Origin: Fidelibacterota bacterium
GTDB taxonomy: Bacteria; Fidelibacterota; Fidelibacteria; Fidelibacterales; Fidelibacteraceae
Length of the DNA stretch: 58,519 nt
Reading direction: 5' to 3'
Assembly (NCBI GenBank): GCA_034660515.1
Contig: JAYEJI010000183.1
Span: 1 to 58,519 of the forward strand
Shown here: positions 46,873-55,994 of the stretch, piece by piece
Numbering within the stretch: the stretch's first letter is position 1
How the letters are laid out: each line of letters begins with the position of its first letter
Position numbers and translations under genes: made by a program
The notes under the pieces: model-generated
Told to the model about the DNA's origin: nothing
Seen by the model: only the letters and a program-made list of their open reading frames with translations
Databases searched by the model: none

Positions 46873-47484
46873 ATGGCAAAGATAAAGCTGACAAAGAACG
46901 AATTAAAAAAACAGAAAGACGCGTTAAAACGCTATACGCGTTATCTGCCGACACTGGAGCTAAAAAAGCAGCAATTGTTGGCAGAGATCCGTCGCGTTCA
47001 TGATGAGATCCATCAGTGTGAAGGTAGATTGAATACCCTGAAACAGCAATTAGCGGCTTGGGTTGCAGTATTTGCTGAAGACGTGGATATTGCTTCTCTT
47101 TTTTCACTGAAACAGATACTTACCGATACGGGTAATATTGCCGGGATCAATATTCCCTTATTCGTGAAAGTCGAATTTGAAGATAATACCTACGACCTGA
47201 TGGCCTATCCGCTATGGGTGGATACCGGTATCCATGTCACAAAAGAAGCAATCTCGCTCCAGAAAGAACTTGAGATCCTTAAAGAACAGGAAACGCTTAT
47301 TCAGGAAGAGTTGCGGACAACGATTCAACGCATCAACCTCTTTGATAAGGTGATGATCCCCCGATCTAAAGAGAATATCCGAAAGATCCGGATCTTTATG
47401 GGTGATCAGGAGACCGCGGCTGTGGTTCGTGGTAAAATATCCAAGACCAAGATCGAAAAGAAAAAATTAGAACAGAGAGCTTAG
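46873..47484 (+). CDS. ntpD: V-type ATPase subunit D
   Basis: 203 aa. The N-terminal TKNELKKQKD.LK......LL.LKKQ coiled coil is typical of subunit D. Confidence 0.8.
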   Translation: MAKIKLTKNELKKQKDALKRYTRYLPTLELKKQQLLAEIRRVHDEIHQCEGRLNTLKQQLAAWVAVFAEDVDIASLFSLKQILTDTGNIAGINIPLFVKVEFEDNTYDLMAYPLWVDTGIHVTKEAISLQKELEILKEQETLIQEELRTTIQRINLFDKVMIPRSKENIRKIRIFMGDQETAAVVRGKISKTKIEKKKLEQRA

Positions 47485-47500
47485 ACGCGAGAGGCAATAC

Positions 47501-49312
47501 ATGATCGTAAAAATGTCAAAAATTACCCTGTTGGTAGATGAAGGAAGTGCAAAGAAAGCGCTGAAAGATCTGCGTAAATTGGGTGTTTTGCATGTAAAAC
47601 CCCTGCAAAATCCTCCTTCAAGCGATATGTCGGAGATCGAAACCCGTTTAGAAAATACAAAACGTGTTCTTTTCCTTCTCGGTGAATCCGATGAAGCCAG
47701 GCAAAAAGGTACGGGTAATGCGGCTAAGATCATTGATGAGATCCTTGAGAAGATGCAGCTACGTTCAACCCTTGAACGGGAGTTGGAAAACCTGAAAGAA
47801 GCAGATCGCTGGTATGGAGAGTGGAGCAAGGTTTCACTTGAAGATATAAGTGATCTTGAATCGAATGGATTATTTGTAAAACTATTTCAACTATCGCCTA
47901 CGGCATGGAAAACGGAACAGAAAAAAGAAAATATCTTTGTACTTTCTGAAACAAAAGAAAATATTAAAGTAGCTTTGATCAGTCGTGATCCCGAAGAGAC
48001 ATTGGATCATCGACCGGTCAGTATTCCGGAAGTATCTTTCAAATCCGCAGTATCCCGGATCAAGGATATTGAAAAAGAATTGATAACGATCTCAAAGAAT
48101 ATCGAAGGACATCGCAGACATATAGACCTGATCAAGGCATATACTGATAATATGAAAAAAGAGCATCAGTTTGTATCAATTCAAAATGGCCTTGGTATGG
48201 AAGAGAATATTGCCTATTTGCAAGGTTATGTTCCCAGCGATGAAGCTGTAACGATCGAAAAAGCAGCTGAAAAGAAGGGTTGGGGCTATGTTGAGGAAGA
48301 ACCTGTCGAAACTGATAATCCCCCTACGAAACTTAAAAATGCAAAATGGATAAAGATCATTGAACCTGTTTTTGATTTCCTTGGAACAGTTCCCGGATAT
48401 CGCGAAAAAGACATTTCAATGTACTTCCTTATTTTCTTTGCCATTTTTGTCGCCATGATCATTGGTGATGCCGGTTACGGTATTATCTTTCTGTTGGTTT
48501 CTATCTTTGCGACTTTCAAGATCAAGAGAGGCGGTGGAAAACTTCCCGGTGCGATTATACTACTTTATGTTTTAAGTTTTTCGATCATTGCCTGGGGTGC
48601 CATTACGGGAACTTGGTTCGGGTCGGTTGAGATCGCAAATATTCCTTTCTTTAAATCATTGATCATCCCCGAGATCACTTCCTTCCCGGAATTATTTCCA
48701 AATATGGAAATTAATCCTCAGGATAAAGTTCAATTAATTTGTTTCATCTTAGCGGTTTTACAACTTGGCTTGGCAAGCATCATGAATTTCATAAATAATC
48801 TACCCAAGCTTAAAGCCTTTGAACATCTGGGTTGGTTTGCACTGACAGTTGGAGCTTTTACACTGGTTCTGAATTTAGTACTCGGTATGCCCATGCCGTC
48901 TTTTGCAGTTCCTATGATGGGCGGAGGTTTTGGCCTTATTATATTATTCGGTGCTCAAGAACCGGGTAAAAACTTCTTTAAAGGTGTACTAAGTGGATTA
49001 GGTGGTGCATTCAATACTTTCCTGAATGCCATCACATCTTTCTCAAATATCATTTCCTATATTCGTTTGTTTGCGGTAGGAATGGCATCTGTAGCGATCG
49101 CATCCTCATTTAACGGGATCGCAGAACCGATGATGCATGGACCGGCGATCGTAGGTGGTGTCATTGTGCTTTTTATCGGGCATGGTTTGAATATTGTCAT
49201 GGGCTTGTTGTCTATTATGGTACATGGAATTCGTTTGAATTTATTGGAGTTCAGCGGTCAATTGGGATTAGAATGGACGGGTTACAAATATGAACCGTTC
49301 AAGGAAAAATAA
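47501..49312 (+). CDS. ntpI: V-type ATPase subunit I (a-subunit homolog)
   Basis: 603 aa with a cytoplasmic coiled-coil N-terminal half and a polytopic C-terminal half. The conserved Arg region reads ISYIRLFAVGMAS. Confidence 0.85.
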   Translation: MIVKMSKITLLVDEGSAKKALKDLRKLGVLHVKPLQNPPSSDMSEIETRLENTKRVLFLLGESDEARQKGTGNAAKIIDEILEKMQLRSTLERELENLKEADRWYGEWSKVSLEDISDLESNGLFVKLFQLSPTAWKTEQKKENIFVLSETKENIKVALISRDPEETLDHRPVSIPEVSFKSAVSRIKDIEKELITISKNIEGHRRHIDLIKAYTDNMKKEHQFVSIQNGLGMEENIAYLQGYVPSDEAVTIEKAAEKKGWGYVEEEPVETDNPPTKLKNAKWIKIIEPVFDFLGTVPGYREKDISMYFLIFFAIFVAMIIGDAGYGIIFLLVSIFATFKIKRGGGKLPGAIILLYVLSFSIIAWGAITGTWFGSVEIANIPFFKSLIIPEITSFPELFPNMEINPQDKVQLICFILAVLQLGLASIMNFINNLPKLKAFEHLGWFALTVGAFTLVLNLVLGMPMPSFAVPMMGGGFGLIILFGAQEPGKNFFKGVLSGLGGAFNTFLNAITSFSNIISYIRLFAVGMASVAIASSFNGIAEPMMHGPAIVGGVIVLFIGHGLNIVMGLLSIMVHGIRLNLLEFSGQLGLEWTGYKYEPFKEK

Positions 49313-49351
49313 ATAACAGGAAAATTTAATTAGATCAAAGGAGACATAATA

Positions 49352-49774
49352 ATGGATCTTGGAATGTTTGGTTCAGCTGCGGCTTTAGGATTTGCTGCAT
49401 TAGGTTCTGCAATGGGAACCGGTATAGCATCACAGGCTGCTATCGGTGGATGGAAAAAATGCTTTCAAAATGATAAACCTGCACCTTTCCTACTGGTTGC
49501 TTTCGCGGGTGTTGCCTTAACACAGACCATTTATGGTTTTTTGTTAATGACTTTCATCCTAGGTAGTGATAAAGATCCTCTGGGTCTTTTGGCTGCCGGT
49601 ATTTTCGGTGGATTGGCTATGGGCCTTTCGGCCTTGATGCAAGGTAAAGCCGCTGCACGCGCTGCGGATGCCTTAGCGGAAACAGGTAAAGGTACCGCTA
49701 ACTACTTTATGGTGATAGGTATTGTTGAGACCGTGGCACTCTTCGTCATGGTGTTCTTACTGCTTATGCTCTAA
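49352..49774 (+). CDS. ntpK: V-type ATPase proteolipid subunit K (four-helix c-type)
   Basis: 140 aa with four hydrophobic helices. It has LTQTIYGF, MQGKAAA and IVETVALF motifs. Confidence 0.85.
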   Translation: MDLGMFGSAAALGFAALGSAMGTGIASQAAIGGWKKCFQNDKPAPFLLVAFAGVALTQTIYGFLLMTFILGSDKDPLGLLAAGIFGGLAMGLSALMQGKAAARAADALAETGKGTANYFMVIGIVETVALFVMVFLLLML

Positions 49775-49775
49775 T

Positions 49776-49821
49776 TCGTAACTTGTGACGCGTGACGCGT
49801 AACTCGTGCGTGACACGTGAA
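49776..49821 (+). repeat. CGTRAC heptamer array starting 1 nt after the ntpK stop codon
   Basis: tcgtaac ttgtgac gcgtgac gcgtaac tcgtgcgtgac acgtgaa. Confidence 0.85.
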
Positions 49822-49849
49822 TGATTTACAGATTATATTACAGATAATT

Positions 49850-49878
49850 AAGCCCATGCTTCGGTGTGGGCTTTTTTA
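49850..49878 (+). terminator. Intrinsic terminator of the V-ATPase operon
   Basis: AAGCCCATGC ttcg GTGTGGGCTT followed by a T-run. Confidence 0.8.
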
Positions 49879-49902
49879 TTTTGGAAAAACGATATAGATA
49901 GT

Positions 49903-49944
49903 AGTTTCAATAGCCTTGGGCTTAAACCCAAGGCTATTGAAACT
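49903..49944. repeat. Palindromic element (family copy 2), 18-bp arms and a 6-nt centre
   Basis: AGTTTCAATAGCCTTGGG cttaaa CCCAAGGCTATTGAAACT. It lies about 25 nt after the terminator and ends 103 nt before the ATG at 50047. Confidence 0.9.
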
Positions 49945-50046
49945 CTATATCAATTTTTATCTAATAACTACTCCAAATTTCCATTTGAATTTCTTGCTAA
50001 AATCGTAAATTATGGGGTATTTGAATTAAACATTTAAAGGGAAGAG

Positions 50047-52533
50047 ATGAAACGAACACTTGCTATTTTTACGCTGCTAACGATCGTTAGTTCATTTGCA
50101 TTTGCTGAATATTTTGAAAAAGTCAGGACTTATCAAGTCGGTCCCGGAAGTATCTATTCTTATTATGAAGAACACTCACATCCCTGGGCACTGCATGTGA
50201 CAGAGATAGACTTAACAAATTCCTATATTACCCTTGAAACAAAAAAAGCGGATGATCTGATATTGGGTCGTGAAAGCACCAGCTCCATGAGTACCCGCAG
50301 TGATAACGAAGGCCATCGGATCGTCTCCGCAATCAATGGTGATTTTTATAATGTTTATACCGGTCAGCCGATAAATAATCAGGTGCTAAATGGAGAATGT
50401 GTTCAAGCAAGGACATATCATCGATCCGCTTTCACCTATAGCGAAGGGGGAATTCCTTCCATCGTAATTCCGATTTTCTCAGGTTTTATCATTTCAAAAG
50501 ACACGAGTGATCAAATCGTTTCACATTCTTTGAATTCGGTGAACATGACACGTTATGAGAATCATATTGTCATTTACAATGATTATATAGGAAATTCATC
50601 GACAGCCAACCAATGGGGATATGAATGCTTGGCGACCCCCATTTCAAAATGGTATGTAAATGATACCGTATATTGTGTTATCGAATCAAGAGAAGATACT
50701 GTGGGGAACATGGCAATCCCTGAGGGAAAATTTGTAATCTCGGGTCATGGAACCGGGAGAGAATTCCTTATGAACAATTGTGAAGTAGGGGATACAGTAA
50801 AGATCTTGCAAAAATTTGCGAATTCTCCCAAGCGCATAACACAATATATCGGCGGTGGCCCCTGGATGTTAAGAAACGGTGTTGATGTGACGGCTTCAAA
50901 TACTGAAGGTGTAGCAGCGAATTTTTATGCGGTTCGTCATCCAAGAACAGCAGTAGGTTTCAATGCTGATTCTACAGTTGCATATTTTGTGGTCGTTGAT
51001 GGTCGTTTGGAGCATAGTATCGGTATGACCTTACACGAATTGTCAGCTTTTATGAGAAGCATTGGTGCGGCTCATGCGACTAATCTGGATGGGGGAGGGT
51101 CATCGACCTTTACCGTACGTTCCGATGTTATGAACATTCCTTCCGATGGATGGGAACGTATCGTAGCGAATGCGCTTATGTGTGTTTCATCAGCACCGGA
51201 TAGCGACCTGGCTATAGTTCAGGTCGAACGCGATAGTATTGCCGTTTATAAGAATAATACCTTTAATGTCCCTATGTCGGGTTGGGATATATACTACAAC
51301 CCCAAACCCATTCCTACGGGCTCAAGTTTGCAGGTCAGTTTTACCAATGGCCTGGGATCATACACTGATGGCGAATTCACCTGCTCTGATCAGGATATGA
51401 ACGGATATATTTATACCGACTTGAATGGGGTCAAGGATTCAATGATAGTTCATATCATTTCGATAGATAGTTTGACCTCATATCCCCAATCTGTCCTGAC
51501 AGATACCTTAAGGCCGATCAATTTCTTTGTTTACGGTTGTCTGGATGGGGGAGTGAAGGAAGTACTTGATAATAATGTCTTTGAATTTGAATTGCTGAAT
51601 GAAACGATCGGAAGTATCGATGAGAATGGCGTATTCACACCTGCTCAACAGGGTGAATCTGAATTGGTGATACATTATGGACAAGATTCCGATACGGCTT
51701 TTATCTGTGTTGAGAACGGTGTGGGGGAAATACTCTTACAGGAAGTGGAATCACTCGATAATTGGACCTTAAGTGGAAATAATCTTGATACAAATCTAAC
51801 GGCAATTCAGCTTATAGACAGAAATACAGGCGAGGGAAGCAAAGCCTTCAGAATAGACTATACAACCACAGATGATGGGATAATTGTTCTGGAAACAAAT
51901 CCGGAAAGAGTTTATGGTGTTCCCTCCGAATATCTTATTGATGCCATGTCGGATGGCTCGAATCATCGACTTTACTTGGTCTTTAATGATGCAAACGGAC
52001 ATGAATATCGTTTCAAAGCTGCAGGCTTTTTCAATGATAACGATGGGTTCATAACCAAGACGATCTCTTCCGAGGCCATTATTCCCGGCGATGATGGCGA
52101 ATATTACCCTATGTACTTGAAACAGATCTATATTGATCTGGCGAACGGAGTACGAAGTGGAACGCTGTATTTTGACAGGATACGCTGTACTTATCCGGGT
52201 TGGACTTCTATTGATCAGGATCCAAACGCACGGATTCCCACTGAATTCAAATTACTGCAAAATTATCCCAATCCGTTTAATCCGACAACAGCTATCAGCT
52301 ATTCCATCTCCGCTAAAACTTCGATGGACAGGCAGCTATCAGCTTTCAGCCAAGTTGATCTTTCGGTTTTTGATCTAAGTGGTAAGAAAGTCGCAACTCT
52401 GGTAAATGATTCATTCTCTGTTGGGAATTATACAGTGCACTTTGATGCTTCCGTTCTTCCCGGCGGGGTTTATTTCTACCGTTTGAAAACGGATAATTGG
52501 ACGGATACAAAGAAAATGCTTCTAATAAAATAA
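50047..52533 (+). CDS. Phosphodiester glycosidase (NAGPA/DUF2233) domain protein with a T9SS CTD
   Basis: 828 aa with a signal peptide and a core region (PRTAVG......VVVDGR......G.TL.EL......GA..A.NLDGGGSST). The CTD reads LLQNYPNPFNPTTAISY...GGVYFYRL...KKMLLIK. Confidence 0.7.
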   Translation: MKRTLAIFTLLTIVSSFAFAEYFEKVRTYQVGPGSIYSYYEEHSHPWALHVTEIDLTNSYITLETKKADDLILGRESTSSMSTRSDNEGHRIVSAINGDFYNVYTGQPINNQVLNGECVQARTYHRSAFTYSEGGIPSIVIPIFSGFIISKDTSDQIVSHSLNSVNMTRYENHIVIYNDYIGNSSTANQWGYECLATPISKWYVNDTVYCVIESREDTVGNMAIPEGKFVISGHGTGREFLMNNCEVGDTVKILQKFANSPKRITQYIGGGPWMLRNGVDVTASNTEGVAANFYAVRHPRTAVGFNADSTVAYFVVVDGRLEHSIGMTLHELSAFMRSIGAAHATNLDGGGSSTFTVRSDVMNIPSDGWERIVANALMCVSSAPDSDLAIVQVERDSIAVYKNNTFNVPMSGWDIYYNPKPIPTGSSLQVSFTNGLGSYTDGEFTCSDQDMNGYIYTDLNGVKDSMIVHIISIDSLTSYPQSVLTDTLRPINFFVYGCLDGGVKEVLDNNVFEFELLNETIGSIDENGVFTPAQQGESELVIHYGQDSDTAFICVENGVGEILLQEVESLDNWTLSGNNLDTNLTAIQLIDRNTGEGSKAFRIDYTTTDDGIIVLETNPERVYGVPSEYLIDAMSDGSNHRLYLVFNDANGHEYRFKAAGFFNDNDGFITKTISSEAIIPGDDGEYYPMYLKQIYIDLANGVRSGTLYFDRIRCTYPGWTSIDQDPNARIPTEFKLLQNYPNPFNPTTAISYSISAKTSMDRQLSAFSQVDLSVFDLSGKKVATLVNDSFSVGNYTVHFDASVLPGGVYFYRLKTDNWTDTKKMLLIK

Positions 52534-52549
52534 TAAGTAAGAGACCACT

Positions 52550-53401
52550 ATGAAACAGAAATTGGACTGGACAGAAATAGACGCTATCATTGATCGTGCA
52601 CTTACGGAAGATATTGGATCCGGTGACGTCACTTCATTGGCCATGCAGATCGATCTGTCGGCAAATGCGGAGATCATTTCTAAACAAAAAGGTGTTCTCT
52701 CTGGAATTGAAGTTGCAAAACGGGTTTTTACACTGCATGATGCCGGTTTGAATGTTCAATGCTTAAAACATGATGGCGACCTGCTTCAAGAAGGTGATGT
52801 TATACTTAAGATCATGGGGGCGGGGGAGTCCATTCTTACCGCAGAGCGTACCGCTTTGAACCTGATCGGCAGAATGTCGGGTATTGCTACCTTGACCGAA
52901 GAATTTGTCAAAAAAACCAAGGGCACTAAGTGCCGGATCCTTGATACCCGGAAAACCATGCCGAATTTACGACTTCTTGATAAATATGCGGTTACATGCG
53001 GTGGTGGAGATAATCATCGCATTGGCCTGTATGATATGATCCTGATCAAAGAGAATCATATTCGTTGGGCGGGTGGACTAGAAAAAGCTCTGGAAGCCGC
53101 TCTGGATTTTGCCAAACCCAGAAAACTTGAAATAGAGATCGAAGTAAACGACCTTTATGAGTATGAACGGGCGGCAAAATATCCCATAAAAATGATCATG
53201 TTGGATCATTTTACACTCAGTGAATTAAGGGAAGCCGTTTCCATCGAACATAGAAATATTTTACTCGAAGCTTCGGGTGATATAAATTTGAATACAATTG
53301 AGAATATTGCAAAAACAGGCATAGATGTTGTTTCGATCGGTGCATTGACGCACTCCGCTCCCAATTACGATTTTTCACTATTATTTCATGAGACAAAATA
53401 A
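52550..53401 (+). CDS. nadC: Nicotinate-nucleotide diphosphorylase (carboxylating)
   Basis: 283 aa with ERTALN, DTRKT.P and DNHR motifs, ILIKENHI, and a C-terminal SIGALTHS. Confidence 0.9.
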   Translation: MKQKLDWTEIDAIIDRALTEDIGSGDVTSLAMQIDLSANAEIISKQKGVLSGIEVAKRVFTLHDAGLNVQCLKHDGDLLQEGDVILKIMGAGESILTAERTALNLIGRMSGIATLTEEFVKKTKGTKCRILDTRKTMPNLRLLDKYAVTCGGGDNHRIGLYDMILIKENHIRWAGGLEKALEAALDFAKPRKLEIEIEVNDLYEYERAAKYPIKMIMLDHFTLSELREAVSIEHRNILLEASGDINLNTIENIAKTGIDVVSIGALTHSAPNYDFSLLFHETK

Positions 53402-54377
53402 ACTAAAGCCATTTTGTTTGATCCTGCTGGGGCCCACGGCCAGCGGTAAAACCGCCCTATCTCTGGAATTGGCGGAATGGCTGAGTGCCGATATCATTTC
53501 TGCGGATAGTCGCCAGATCTATCGTTATATGGATATCGGTACCGCAACACCGGATAAAAAAGAACTTTCCAGAGCAAAACATTACTTCATTGGCGAAAAA
53601 GATCCCACTGAAAAATTCTCGGCCGGAGAATTCGGCGTTGAAGCCCGGAAGATCATTGATGATAAGATATCCAAGGGTGAAAATATTATTGTATGTGGTG
53701 GTTCGGGATTGTATATCCAGGCTGTCCGGGGTATGATCTCCGATACCCTGTCAAGCGATGAAGCTACTCGGAAAGCTATTCAAATAAAAGCAAAAGTAAA
53801 GGGTTGGCCGGCATTATATACCGAATTGGAAAAGATTGACCCCGATTACGCCAATGGTATTGATGCACAAAATCCCAAGCGTATTTGCAGGGCTTTGGAG
53901 ATATGGGAAATGACAGGAAAGAAACCTTCCGAGGTTTTTGAAAACCAGAAAAAAGAATTTCCCTGGCCGCATCTTGCGATTGGATTGGATCCCGATCGTA
54001 AATTATTATATGATCGCATTAATCGCCGGGTATTGAAGATGATGGAAGAAGGACTTTTAAATGAAGTCAAAACCCTGCTTGAAAAAGGATATTCACCGGA
54101 ATTGAACGCTTTAAATACGGTGGGATATAAAGAGATCATCTCATATTTGAATGGTGAGATTGATAAAGAAACGGCAATTTCCGAGATCCAAAAAAATACC
54201 CGTCGTTTTGCAAAACGGCAAATGACATGGTTCCGAAAATATACTCCCGATAGATGGATCACATACAAAGAGGAACCGAATCTGTCGGATATCGTAGAAG
54301 AAGCAAAAAAAGTAATAGTTGAAAAGTTGAAACAGCACTTAGCTCTAAATTGTCATCTCGACCGAAGTCTTCCATAG
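53388..54377 (+). CDS. miaA: tRNA dimethylallyltransferase
   Basis: 329 aa with a P-loop (GPTASGKT), SADSRQIY..MDIGTA, and KNTRRFAKRQMTWF. The last roughly 10 codons are encoded inside the hairpin element at 54349-54492. Confidence 0.9.
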   Translation: MRQNKLKPFCLILLGPTASGKTALSLELAEWLSADIISADSRQIYRYMDIGTATPDKKELSRAKHYFIGEKDPTEKFSAGEFGVEARKIIDDKISKGENIIVCGGSGLYIQAVRGMISDTLSSDEATRKAIQIKAKVKGWPALYTELEKIDPDYANGIDAQNPKRICRALEIWEMTGKKPSEVFENQKKEFPWPHLAIGLDPDRKLLYDRINRRVLKMMEEGLLNEVKTLLEKGYSPELNALNTVGYKEIISYLNGEIDKETAISEIQKNTRRFAKRQMTWFRKYTPDRWITYKEEPNLSDIVEEAKKVIVEKLKQHLALNCHLDRSLP

Positions 54378-54492
54378 CTTCAGCGAAGGAGGACGTAGTG
54401 GAGAGATCTCAAATTGCTTAATGAATGTTTTGAGTTTGAGATTTCTCCGTTCACTCTCCGTCAGTCGACGGATCGTTCAGTCGAAATGACAA
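54349..54492. repeat. Long imperfect inverted repeat (hairpin/MITE-like element), about 144 bp
   Basis: The outer arms ATTGTCATCTCGAC and GTCGAAATGACAAT pair. The inner arms GGAGAGATCTCAAA and TTTGAGATTTCTCC also pair. The central loop is ttgcttaatgaatgtt. Confidence 0.8.
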
Positions 54493-54570
54493 TCAATTAA
54501 ATGGATACTGAATAAAACTATTTGAAATAGTAACCGCAATCAATACATTTGTCTAAAATGAGGAGTTAAA

Positions 54571-54969
54571 ATGCCAAAAGCTGAAGGTTTAGCCTTACCC
54601 TTTGAAGATCATAGCCATATTCGTCCTGATCTTCTTGAGACCCTGCCTTACGAAGGTGAAGATCAAACGATCCATCTTAATTACCCCGAATTCTCTGCAG
54701 TTTGTCCCTTCAGCGGACTGCCTGATGTTGCGGTTGTGACGGTATCCTATGTGCCTTCCGATAAGATCGTAGAATTAAAATCACTGAAATACTATTATGT
54801 TTCATTTCGGAATGTAGGAATCTATCAGGAAGATATGACCAATCGTGTTTATAAAGACCTGAAAGCTCTTTTAAACCCAAAGAATTTATATATAAAGACC
54901 ATTTATAATGTCCGGGGTGGTATTGAGAGCACATGTGAAATTGAAAATAAAATAAAGGAAGTGAAATGA
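54571..54969 (+). CDS. queF: NADPH-dependent 7-cyano-7-deazaguanine reductase (unimodular QueF)
   Basis: 132 aa with a gaggag RBS, the catalytic Cys context (EFSAVCPFSGLPD) and the QueF motif (E.KSLK.Y..SFRN). Confidence 0.85.
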   Translation: MPKAEGLALPFEDHSHIRPDLLETLPYEGEDQTIHLNYPEFSAVCPFSGLPDVAVVTVSYVPSDKIVELKSLKYYYVSFRNVGIYQEDMTNRVYKDLKALLNPKNLYIKTIYNVRGGIESTCEIENKIKEVK

Positions 54970-55928
54970 GATCCTATCTTATTCCTATACTATTTGCTTT
55001 TTTGCTGCTGATCGGATGCAGCGGAGAAGGCTATATAAAAGTCAAGAATAATACACCGACCGCCATTTTGACAAGTGTAAATAATCTTGCCGATGAAGTT
55101 ATCTTAGCCGGTGACACAAGTCAAACCTACACAGTTTCAGTTATGAAAGGTGTTATCAATAGTATTCCGGTGGAGGCCAGTGGACTATGGGTTGGGAATT
55201 ATTCCGCAACAGTCGCATTAACGGATGGTGAAACTGTTATTCATCATATTAGTACTCAGGTTGCGGATATTACACTGACCAACCTATCCGTTGATTCAGC
55301 CACCTGTACGATAGAAAATTATACCCCGTTGTTCTTTGTTGGAGAAGATAGTATTAGTGATAAGTTCTCTGTGGATGGTGATGTTGCAGTAGAATCTATC
55401 GGGCGTTATAAATTTTTCTTGAGTGAAGATATGCCCTGGTTACCCGGTTTTACTTACCGCTATGAAATAACTCCCGATGCCTGCGAGATCCAATTGAACA
55501 ACATTCATCCCAACTATACCATCTATTATGTATTCATCAGTTTGAGTACCAGTGATTCTTGGGGAGATGACCAATTGGGCGATGATATCCTAAATCCTCA
55601 GGAAGGCTATGTTTGGAAAGCGGAAGGCGACCTTCAATGGGATATGCGCGTAGAAGCGGGCGATACGCATATTGATAGCCCTCTCTATGTTTATGAATTT
55701 TTCGATACCGAAGGATGTCCGTCAGATTTTACCTGGATATACGAATTCCCGACCATTTTTACACCGGTAGCAGCGAGTGCTTCATCTAAGATCACAGGTC
55801 CGCTCAACAATATGATGAAACCCGGATCACTTAATAAGGTGAGTGATCATGTACTGCAACCCACTCGCATTGAAAAGATCAGAAAAGTTGATGCGGGAAA
55901 AGGCAGTGTAAAAGCTCTACGTAAATAA
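54966..55928 (+). CDS. Lipoprotein, function unknown
   Basis: 320 aa with an ATGA overlap onto the queF stop. It has a lipobox (LLLIGCSG). Confidence 0.6.
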   Translation: MRSYLIPILFAFLLLIGCSGEGYIKVKNNTPTAILTSVNNLADEVILAGDTSQTYTVSVMKGVINSIPVEASGLWVGNYSATVALTDGETVIHHISTQVADITLTNLSVDSATCTIENYTPLFFVGEDSISDKFSVDGDVAVESIGRYKFFLSEDMPWLPGFTYRYEITPDACEIQLNNIHPNYTIYYVFISLSTSDSWGDDQLGDDILNPQEGYVWKAEGDLQWDMRVEAGDTHIDSPLYVYEFFDTEGCPSDFTWIYEFPTIFTPVAASASSKITGPLNNMMKPGSLNKVSDHVLQPTRIEKIRKVDAGKGSVKALRK

Positions 55929-55944
55929 AAATTATAAAATAATC

Positions 55945-55976
55945 AAAAAAGGCAGAATTAAATTCTGCCTTTTTTT
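55945..55976. terminator. Bidirectional intrinsic terminator between convergent genes
   Basis: aaaaaaGGCAGAATT a AATTCTGCC ttttttt. Confidence 0.85.
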
Positions 55977-55994
55977 GTTTGTATGAATAATGTA

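Noticed and set aside
54500-54570. preQ1 riboswitch expected upstream of queF.
   Set aside because: I could not find the conserved preQ1-I/II core. Only a small AT-rich hairpin (ctatttgaaatag) is present. A covariance-model scan would be decisive.
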